Assembly: GCA_977030845.1 (NCBI GenBank)
Contig: OZ365109.1
Location: forward strand, 13,950,001-14,014,000
Source: Fimbriosthenelais zetlandica
Taxonomy: Eukaryota
Length of the DNA stretch: 64,000 nucleotides
Reading direction: 5' to 3'
How positions within the stretch are numbered: the stretch's first letter is position 1; each line of letters opens with the position of its first letter. This document shows positions 49,229 through 59,860 of this stretch, piece by piece. A program made the translations under genes and the position numbers. The notes beneath the pieces were generated by a model, which had not been told where the DNA came from, did no database searches, and saw nothing but the letters and a program-made list of their open reading frames with translations.

Positions 49229-50845
49229 CCTGCGAAAAAAGCAAGAAGGTATTAAAAGAGGTAGAAGAGCCGCCCACAAGGTAAATATTAGTAATTGACG
49301 GGAAATAACTCCTAATGACTGAGGACTGTTTCACATAAACAAGTCAGTGTATGAGATATCGGGAAATTAATCTTTATATAAAAAATGCACTTCAAGTACA
49401 ATAAATTGAACAATCATTTTTGTCATCAAGAGAAAGCATGGACATCTATAGGATGAATGTGAGGACTAGATCTTGTGACAATCTAGATATAATATATTAC
49501 ATGGAGAGATCCTATGTTAAAGTACCATCCCTCTGTATGTCTCCTTCCGTCTCTAATAAGTAACATCCACACTACCATCCTGTTTCCACCCATACCCCGA
49601 GGCATTCAACTACATTCCCATCCATCCTGCACACACCCTTCTACCCATCTTCATGCCACCCAACCCCGGCCACATCCAGGAGCTACTGATCAGCATTTAA
49701 CCAATTTAACACTCAAAACAGTGACAGATTAGGATGACACAGCCTGCTATAAGGTCAGGGGCATGTGATTTACCCGTTACTGGTAACAGATTACATATCA
49801 ATTGCCTTTCCATCTTTCCTCGACATCCTTCACGAGCCTGTTTTAAAACGAATATTGCTAATATTCCTTTTGAAACAGATCTCAGGAACATGTTTCAAAT
49901 CTAATATTAGACAGACTTAGCATTGCTAATATTCCTTTTGAAACAGACCCCGGGTCTATCAGGGTGTTGTACAAGTAAATCTTCAATGGCGAGACATCGG
50001 CGAGGGTACACGAGTTTGCATTGAGCAATGTTTTTGAAAAAACAGTGCTTGGACAATGCAATAACAAGCAATTGTCCAAGCACTTTTTTTTCAAGAAAAC
50101 AGCACTTCAACAATGCAATCGCTCGACGAGGGCCCCCTCGCCGATCCCTCGTCATTGACAATCAACATAGGGTACGTATACATGTATTATGTATCCACAT
50201 CAACATATGTTACTTCTATCGGAAAGGAAACGCACCGGTAGGCAATTTCAAAGGAAGGGACAACAAATCCCCCGAAGAATATAACAAAGATTTATACAAG
50301 AACAGCGCAGTGACATTGTGACATTTTTTATCATAACATCAAAGATAAGCCTGCCCTGGAAGGGGTGCGGTCTCCCAGCGGAAGTTACAGTCATTGTTCT
50401 CTGTCAGAGATGAATTTAGCTGGCTGGTCAGTATGCATTATAAATGTACCACATAGGGGGCATTCTATAACTAAGCTAGGGTCGTTGACCCCTTATAAAA
50501 GATAAGGGACCCTTGCTAAGGTAATGGGAGAAATCCCATAAGATGTCATGAAAAACGTGCAGGATTTGACAGGGGTAGGGGAATGGATAGGACAAAGATG
50601 AATACAAATGTTACATGAAAAGATTCTCCATTTGCTTTGTTTGTTCTAAACGATGCATACTATATACAAGTGTCAGGATTGAAAATTACATTTTTTCTGA
50701 AAGTTCATGACAGCTATAAAATATAATGAATAATTACTCACCTGTCATATTTTTGGTAGATTTTCCATGTTAATGTTCCATCGTGTCAGATTCAATTTTC
50801 CGCAAGCTGCTCTGGCACTCAGCGCTCAATGCTTTGTATTAAATA
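49229..50845 (-). promoter_or_regulatory. Putative TATA-like promoter, non-coding exon 1 and 5'UTR intron of the UGT
   Basis: TATTTAA at 50845-50839, donor CAG|GTGAGT at 50741, acceptor CTTTTTTCGCAG|49229 about 85 nt before the ATG. Confidence 0.5.
49984..50157. mobile_element. Foldback-type palindromic element in the UGT 5'UTR intron
   Basis: CAATGGCGAGACATCGGCGAGGG / CCCTCGCCGATCCCTCGTCATTG plus an inner stem AAAA(C)AGTGCTTGGACAAT / ATTGTCCAAGCACTTTTT. Confidence 0.65.
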
Positions 50846-51061
50846 TTCTGTTTAATCCCAGTAATATTTTTTTCAGTCTATGAATTAATAATGCTGCTTG
50901 TAATATTAAGTCTGCAACAGACTCGAGCTTTATACCAACTGATATGGAAGCATCTTCCTTGTAACTATAAGGGAAAACGCGATTTAGTGTCATTTACCTC
51001 GAAGACGTTCCAGTCTAGTTCCCACCTATGATACAGTTCTACGAAGGGCCAGAGTCAAGGA

Positions 51062-52172
51062 GAACTATAGATCGTTGCGCTAAGTTGTGCGCGTAAACAT
51101 TAAGTTGCTCGGCGCGTTTTTGATTTTTTCTTCGTAAAATATTTAATAAAGCACATATATTTATCAATTATGTATCAAAATTATCCCAAGACTTGCGGTC
51201 ATTTAGTTAGACCATCAACAATTATTTATTTTTAATGTCAGAATCACTACCATGATGGGAACATGCCATAAAATGTCGCGAAATTTTCATTTTTACCCGA
51301 CCTTTCATTACATAAACCGCCACATAGTTCAGAATATTTTATCAAAATACAAATAAATAAAATTTCAAATATAAAACAAAATTTCCGATTCATCCATGTA
51401 TTGGAAATGTATGTGAACAGTGTTTTGACAGAATGAGAAAGGGGAGACCCCGCGGGCGAAATTTCCGTTTTTCTGCATTTTCTAAAGGATTTGACGTCAT
51501 TTAATCTATAATGTGGCGCGGGGCGATCACGAATAACTAAGAAACTCTCCCTCCCCTGAAAAGATTAAGTAAATTTAAGTGAAAATTTATCGCCAACTGG
51601 TTTATTGTATCCCTTGGATGCTGTTACCAAGTTTCTTTGTCACCATGACTTGTATCATGGCAATTTTTAACATTGATACATTGAGGTCATGGCTTCAGCC
51701 TTGAACTCTGATAGTGCATCCGGTGAGGTCATCTAACGTCGTCAACGTCGCTGCTCGCGGAAACGAGTACTGTTTACTGATTTTCTCAGCTTTCTTAAGC
51801 AATATACTTATAAAAATCGACCCAGCAGAAGGTAAAGATGTTATTTACATAATGTGAAAATTAGGTCTTTATTCCTTGAGAATTTTCCCCACAAAACACA
51901 GATAACTGCAAATATAGCTCTCTGTTGGCGACATCAGCGCACTGACAACTGGCCCTGTCAAGCCCACATCGATGCACTTGGAAGCAATTTTCTCGTGATA
52001 TCTTAAAATATTTTTGCGAAAATAATAATAATTGTATACTAAATCGTTAATACGATAATTCTCTGCCTGTTTTGACTTTAAAAATTGAATGACACCAATT
52101 ATTTATTGTACAGGACAGCTACAAACATGCCCCTAGCCCGCACGCACAACTTGGTGCAACGATCTATAGTTC
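51062..52172. mobile_element. 1.1-kb non-coding TIR element upstream of the UGT
   Basis: GAACTATAGATCGTTGCGCTAAGTTGTGCG / CGCACAACTTGGTGCAACGATCTATAGTTC; no ORF of 60 aa or more inside. Confidence 0.75.
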
Positions 52173-55100
52173 ATGTCATATGCGAGTTCTAAGTAAAGAT
52201 AATGAGTGTTCTTCATCAGAAATTTCTTAATTCCGAGCCAAACACTCTTCTTGGAAGAATTTGTATTGATGGACCTATATTCTGGTGGAAGTCCTTTTTT
52301 GTTGCGAATGAAAGAAGGTTAAAGATCAGTTAAAACACAAACACGGGTTTCCATTAATAATTGATCAACAATAAGTTGATTGTAAATATTTGCCATGCCT
52401 TGATCTAAAAGCCTCACTGACTAATGGATTGTTTATTAAAATAATTAGGTACCACGATCAATGATCCATATTTTCTTTCGCCATTTTCTGCGTAAAGTGT
52501 AAGCCGACTTTAATATTGCAGTATTTTATTTTACATCCAGTCAACACTATTCATATAATGTGATGAAGTCATTGAATACAGGACTGTATTGTAATTACTT
52601 GATTAAATATTGCATCATGTCGGGATATATACAAAATGCCCTTTTCAGGAGAATTGTGTGCTACATTAGTCCTTAGTAAACACCATAGAATCTGCCTATA
52701 TTACACATGGTATAATAGAAAGGCAATGCTTTCAGCGGAATAGAAAGTGGCTGCGAGAGAAGACCTAACTTGAAAGGAGATGAAATACTCCTCAGATAGT
52801 GGCATTGAGTAGCTCAGTGCCCTGCCTCTCTCGACCTCTGTGCATGACAGCGTCTGCTCCTGACTTGGAGGATGGAGCTTACTTTGTTGACAAGTCAAAG
52901 GAATACCAAGGCTTTGATCATTTTGGTCACAGCTGAAGGGTTTGGCCCCTGATGTACTGTCACTTTGAAACCGGTCCAATTTATATTAAGCGTCTCATCT
53001 GTAAGGGCAGTTAATCTCGGGAATGAAAAATTCATCTCCGTTTCCCTGTGCATGGCTGACTTTTAATTAAGTGCGCCCAGGTGCTGAAATTAAATGCCAG
53101 AGGCTTTGCATTTGCAAAGGTTTTGGCTTTTAATTGAGTTGTAAGGATGGAATGAATTAAAGGAATATCAAAAAGGCACACCTGTTTTAGAATGATAATT
53201 ATTTATTATCGTTTCTAAAGCGAAACTATTGATTTTGCCCGTGGCCTTAGGGTCTACCAGATCAATTAAAGGAGGGTGATGGGGGATCCTCGAAGCTTTT
53301 GCGTTGTTGGGACCTTTTATTACAAAGTAAAAATGATACAGGGCTCTGCATATTACATCGTGAAACAAACATAATTATATCTAGATCGTCGGTAAATAAG
53401 TCAACCCCAACTCCAACTGCAACCCCAAATCTCTAAGTCCGTTCGTGTGTGTGGTAGCAGCGAGGGGCGGAGTGGAAGTGACCAGTCACACAGTCACAGT
53501 CCGTGGTCAAGGCAGCACAGCAGTGCTGCCCCCTGTCCCCCTCCCTCCCAGATATATCCCCATATGTGTATGAGTACATATAGGTAGCTATATATCATAT
53601 CGACCTTCATCACAAATTAATATGCCATTATACATCCGTGTTTTCTCTATTGCTCGCTTCCTTTTAAATGTCATTTTTTAAAATTATTGGATAGATTGGC
53701 CTTCAGCTAATGACATCGTTTTGCACAAAGTTAACTCTATAGATATTCATTTTCGTACAAGTTTTTTACCCAACACACAATATAATATGTTGTTTACCAT
53801 TCAAATAGAATGTGCGGACTGAATGCACAATGATAGGACTCCTGAGTTTTCTAATTGTTTACTCCACACATTCTCTGAATTCAGTGTCAAAATGGACAGG
53901 GTCGTTAATGAGGTACTCCGGCAAATGTGGACCCTTTCAACAGTTTTCAAAAGACCTAACCTGTGTGTTGTCCCTTCAATTATTACCAGTGGAATCATCT
54001 CAATGCCATGGGACTGGCTTCTTTTCCTCAGAAGATGTTTAACGAGTGCTACAAGAGTTTACAAATGCTTTAAAGAACCCACCAGTGGTGAGCTGTTTTG
54101 CACATCATTAGCTCCTAGAGTGCCTCTTCCTAAAGGGATTTTGTTTTTTTTAATCCAGATTCTTTAAATAGACCTAAGTAAAACGCTGTCCGTCTCCATC
54201 CAGCTTAAGCCCTTCGGGAAGGTGATATAAGAGGCTTTCTATAAATGAGCTGGAAATAGGAAAATATACCTCCTTCCAGTTCAACAATATATATATGGGA
54301 GTCTCTGTCATGTCCATATACTATATTTCATCAACTTATTGGGGTATATTATAATAGTGTATAATTTCTCAATGATGAATATTTCTCTTCATGTCACTTT
54401 TTATAAAGGTGTTGAGAATACTGTGCGTACCTAAATAGTTGATACATGTGGGTTTCAATGAAAGTACATTGAGTAACCCTGGGTCAATAACTGTCACGAA
54501 TAAGAGCCACATGGTTAGTCTGTGATCTAAATATAATACAAACAATAGCCGCCTTCCATAATATATGAACTGCCTATACTTTCACTGCAACTCTTGGGAG
54601 ACCAGCTACCCCTCCTCTCCGACTCAAACTTAAAAGGCTATTTTCTCCGCTTCTGCCGACAACTACACAAAAACAGTACAACGAACACATGAAGCATACT
54701 TTTCCAAACATCCCGACTCCTTTTGACAGCATTCGGAGAACTCAAAATGGGAGAAAAATGGAGAAAACTTTACCCTCTTCCGCTGGTCCACAGTGATGTT
54801 ATTACCAGGAAGTTCGTAGTCTATAGAAAAGGACATTATAAGTACCGTCTATTGTTTGCTGCATTGCCATTTTATGTTAGCATTACAGGACGGGAGAAAA
54901 TGAATAATAGGTGATAAAAGCTAACTACAGACGGCCATAGAGAAAGGGAAGGTGCCAATGAAGGATGTCGAGATAAAAAGACCTGGCTTATTATTGTCAA
55001 AGAGCTTGCCAAGGAGCTTCCTAAGCAAAACTGCAGGCTTACACTTTTAATATATACCTGGGAAGAATTATCACATGAGGTAAGTCATTCTTCCCAAATC

Positions 55101-56333
55101 ACCAGGTTCATATGGGTAATATGAAAAATATACTTTTATTCAAAACAAGCGTTCATAATCATAGATACAGTTTGCTGTTTTAGGATGTTCATAAATACAG
55201 TATACTATATGCAGGGAATTCAGCTATATAACCGTGTAGGAAATATGTTCATTTTTCCCTAGTGCATGTTTTGTATAAATAGTATAATGTGCAGACCGTA
55301 ATTATAATAGGCCAAGCATGCGTCAAGGGGTAGTGGTAAGTTATGCAATGATCCAGCCTAGGTGTGCACCTCAGTGTCAGAGATCGTAGTAACATATTTA
55401 CATACGTCACACATTACTCGAAGGAATAGGACTAAGAGACTATATAAACTCATTAGCAGCCTTGTACTCCTATAGATTCCAAGATACCTATTTATAAGCA
55501 TTAGCAAGTGGATCATCTTTCTAATTTGGAAGGATGGATCTACTCATATATCTTACAGGGTATCTTATATGAAGCAATATATTCCATGCCTTGACTACCC
55601 AGTGAGATGCAACTGGATTGCCCCACAGTCATTCATATACCGTACCAATACTTTCATCGGCAACCCATTTTGCATGCGAGCAAGGAAATCGGGGGTATAT
55701 TTCAGCAGAAAGATGCCCTGATGAGGCAATATAGATGGACTTACCATAAGCTAATGTATACTATTCATGTGGAATCGATACTGTAATTTGGAGCACTCAA
55801 CAGAATGTAAGTCTCCTCATAAATTCATTCCACACATCATGAAGGGAGGAAATTTAACTATAGAGACTATTCTATATACATGTACTCTTCACTATGCTGA
55901 TTTGCATGACTGCTCAAGCGCGAGGGGTTCTCTGTAAATAGGTGTCCTCAGTTCGTTTCACAGTTTCCAGGAAGATATACATAGGTACGGTTACACTGGA
56001 AAAGTAAAAGAAACCTCGCACTTTGTTTCATATACAGAAAGGAGTTTATAATTTTACACAATAAGAATGTATCTGACGATACGCCCAATAGGGTACCCCA
56101 TGGACATGTTGTATTTTCACATCTAACCCTAATTATTACCCTCCTAATTTTTTTCTCTACATTCTAAATAGCACATCTTTCTATTGCAATACATGTGATA
56201 TAAGGCGCCCACACACTAATTCGATTCTCCATCCGGATCTATCCGATAGCTGTCCGTTTCAATATTTTTGTTAACACCCAATGCTATTTTGAGCACCGAG
56301 GTAACAACTGACGCAATTCCAGTCATTAGATGT

Positions 56334-57126
56334 CATTATAACCCAACACAGACTTAAAAATAACTTGTGGCTTTATTTTCAAGTCAGGGCGACATAGTAA
56401 ATTGAAAGGTTGAATTTGATAACTAGATCAAGTTATGAGATGCTTAGAAAATTACCAGATCATTGGAGATATGGATATGCGAAGGTTTTTGAAAAATGGT
56501 TATACAAAGAGAGAACGTTAACATGAACATGGTTTGTCTTTGAAGACTTGAATTAATTGAGCTAAGTAGCTAACATTAACAATGTCTGTTGCTGACTAAG
56601 TTGAGATAGTAAGTCTGTAGCGAATAAGACTTAAGAGTGAATTATGACAATGTTTTTGGTAAGGGCGGGAGGTGGGCCGAAAAAACGTGGCTTTCAGTGA
56701 GGAGAAAACTTGAAAAACAAAGAAGAAAGAAGGGGATTGGCTGAGAGATATCACGTGAGAGAGTAGTCTGCAGTGTCCAAATATAATGATCATGAATGTC
56801 ACATTAGTGACATCCAAAAACATTATAACCCAACACAGACTTAAAAATAACTTGTGGCTTTATTTTCAAGTCAGGGCGACATAGTAAATTGAAAGGTTGA
56901 ATTTGATAACTAGATCAAGTTATGAGATGCTTAGAAAATTACCAGATCATTGGAGATATGGATATGCGAAGGTTTTTGAAAAATGGTTATACAAAGAGAG
57001 AACGTTAACATGAACATGGTTTGTCTTTGAAGACTTGAATTAATTGAGCTAAGTAGCTAACATTAACAATGTCTGTTGCTGACTAAGTTGAGATAGTAAG
57101 TCTGTAGCGAATAAGACTTAAGAGTG
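56334..57126. repeat. 3' terminal split-direct-repeat block (B2-spacer-A2-B1 on the + strand)
   Basis: 56334-56639 equals 56821-57126, and 56676-56820 equals 59716-59860. Confidence 0.95.
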
Positions 57127-58130
57127 CCAACCGAAGGTTTAGGGATGAACCCAGATTGGCAAACTGCATGAAGTTGAGTAGCCACCAGGCTGCGGGCGCA
57201 GGTACAAAAGTACAGAGTCAGAAGACCACAGGCTATCAGCCTTGAGTTACCTAGGACATGAGCCCACCTGGCGGAGATGAATGAATTGGTCATTGGAGCA
57301 CTGTCGTCGAAGAGCGTCTGAGTCCATTTAAGGGTTACGGTACACAGTACATGAGTATGATGGCTGCTGAGTTGGCATGCGTACTTCTGTGTCCTGAAGT
57401 ACTGCACAATGCCAGAAAAGCATGAAGGACATGATGAGTTTGACGGCAGGCTGTTGAGTGGGAGAGTCATGGCATAGAGTGGGCATAGGAAATTCCATAT
57501 GGCAGGTAGAAAGATGCTCTAAGGGGCCTAGCCCCGCTAGAGCGTCTGAGCACACTAACCCGTGATGGAGATAGACCTATATCAGACATGGTGAGCTGGC
57601 GAGTAGAGAGGGCCAACCGAAGGTTTAGGGATGATTACCCAGATTGGCAAGAGCTGCATGAAGTTGAGGAGCCACCAGACTGCGGGCGCAGGTACAAAAG
57701 TACAGAGTCAGAAGACCACAGGCTATCAGCCTTGAGTTACCTAGGACATGAGCCCACCTGGCGGAGATGAATGAATTGGACATTGGAGCACTGTCGTCGA
57801 AGAGCGTCTGAGTCCATTTAAGGGTTACGGTACACAGTACACGAGTATGATGGCTGCTGAGTTGGCATGCGTACTTCTGTGTCCTGAAGTACTGCACAAT
57901 GCCAGAAAAGCATGAAGGCGTAACTGGGAGCTTTTTTGAGAAGGGGGATGACGATGTGAGATGTCAATACCCCTGAGGGCATTAGTGACAATAGGTGAAT
58001 CACAGACATCATATGAAAGCGCCGCCAGTTTGAGGTACGTCTTTCATGTGGCTAACAGTGTTCCTAATAGATGGGGCACCCCATAGAGTTCGAGAGATTT
58101 TTATTTGGGGATGATGATGTTCCAATAGAA
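57127..58130 (-). pseudogene. Frameshifted tyrosine recombinase remnant
   Basis: Joining frames gives GAPSIRNTVSHM/KTYLKLAALSYDVCDSPIVTNALRGIDISHRHPPSQK/KLPVTP, resembling the N-terminal region of DIRS/Ngaro YRs. Later SDIGLSPSRVSVLRRSSGA resembles a degenerate H-x-x-R box. Several stops and frameshifts. Confidence 0.7.
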
Positions 58131-58871
58131 GTTTCTAGGACGGTCAAACATTGCAGGTGTAATCTAATAGGTTTTAGTTATGACGATTACCTGCTAGATC
58201 CTAGGCAATGCCAATGGGTAGAAATAGTTCTACTTTGTTACACAGAGGCCAAACACGACAGGATGTCGTGTAAGTTGTGAGGCGGGATGGAGAGCGAAAG
58301 ACCATCATGTGGCCAGAGCACTCCAACCCCCACAGATCCCGATCCATTCCAGGTTAGATGGCAGGACAAAGCTAGCCCCTTGCATAGCCTATGTAATAGT
58401 CAGTGGCACAATCATGTGGAAGCAAAATGTCAGAATCTGTGTCAAATCTTATATCATTTTCACAACGAACGTGATCACCATAATATTAGTATCTGAATGA
58501 AAGGGATGTTCTTTTGTGGTACACTCACCGAGTACCGTAGTCAGTAGGCTAAGTTTTTCACGTAGCCAGGCGAACCCCCGAGAGGCGAGACCCGGGCAGG
58601 CCGCGACTGTGTTACAGCGGCCAAATCTCCAGAAAAACACACCAAGTCACATTGAACTGAAGGTGTGTCAACAGAAGGTTGGTTTAAATCATGCATCCAA
58701 GCGGTATTAACAATAACAGAGCCATAATCCAAGTGAGAGCTTCGATTTAAGCTTGGCAAAGTTGGTTTTTTGTTTATTCCGGAAGTAGCGCCATTTTGGA
58801 AAGAGGTAGGGGGTCTACTTCCGCTTCCGGGTCGTGGGCGAGATGTAAACAAAGCCACATGGTTCCCGGGC

Positions 58872-59632
58872 TTAATTGAAAAGGCCAGTTGAAATTGAAT
58901 TATGAAGGTGAATTAGGCCTAAGTGATTTCCCCTTACCTTTGGGCCTCGGAAGGTATTCATACTGTAACTTACTAACTTAGAATTTAATGCGAGTACTGG
59001 GAGATCCCTCCTCCCTTGTTGTTTAAGCTGGAACAGAGCCGTGGGACTGATCCTGAGGGCCATTCTTGGCATCCTTTGTCTTTGACATTTTCCGGGCATG
59101 TTTTTCGTATTATCATGATAGAGGGACAGAGCCAGGGACGAGTTTTCGGCCAATCATTCTGGTAGATAGAGGCAGCGAAAGATGGCTGTTCCCGGTTTAC
59201 GACCTTATCCTGGTCGAGCTGAGCTGATGACCCGTACACTACAGCTGGCGAGGGGGCCGTAGCGGCTGGCACTGAGTCTGAGCGGCTCATGGCGCCGCGG
59301 GGGCTGGACTCCACTTGAGGTCGGGAGCCGTCCTCGACCACGGAGTTTGACTGAGCACGTGTAGTCACTACTGTCATTATCCTGTTGAAAAGTTCCTCTA
59401 TATCGGCTTTCGATGCGAATGTTGAAGAGAGGGTTTTCCTTGTTGGGCGAGGTGTGAAGAAAACTTCTCCCTCGTCGTCTTCTTCCCCAGCAAGTTCCGG
59501 CTCCGACGTAAGGTTGTCGTCGCCATTTTGGTTAGCACCAGCACCAAGGGCTGTCCTTGATGTGCGCCCTGACGTTCTCCTCGTTGTTGCTGGGGAAGTT
59601 GGTGTTGCATTTCTCGACCCTTTCGGTGGCAT
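58872..59632 (-). pseudogene. ORF1/gag-like remnant of the YR retroelement
   Basis: 215-aa ORF starting 84 nt inside A1, with a low-complexity basic-then-acidic N-terminus and a probable frameshift into the 59153-58872 frame. Called from position only; no motif recognised. Confidence 0.45.
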
Positions 59633-59715
59633 CTTTGACTATCCAGCTCTTTCCGTAAGAGGTTTTAGAAGTGGTAGAGTTTATAGATGGTAATGGATAG
59701 GGCCAACAGAAATGA

Positions 59716-59860
59716 GCCGAAAAAACGTGGCTTTCAGTGAGGAGAAAACTTGAAAAACAAAGAAGAAAGAAGGGGATTGGCTGAGAGATATCACGTGAGA
59801 GAGTAGTCTGCAGTGTCCAAATATAATGATCATGAATGTCACATTAGTGACATCCAAAAA
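59716..59860 (-). repeat. 5' terminal repeat A1 with promoter-like motifs
   Basis: Exact copy of 56676-56820; contains TCACGTGA (E-box) and a CCAAT box on the minus strand. Confidence 0.9.

Noticed and set aside
49706-50321. Cluster of overlapping short ORFs (similar cases at 11635-12227, 19986-20249, 22521-23116, 29855-30554 and 60942-61284)
   Set aside because: All overlap palindromic MITEs and repeat the same peptides (for example CFKRNISNAKS), so they are repeat artefacts.
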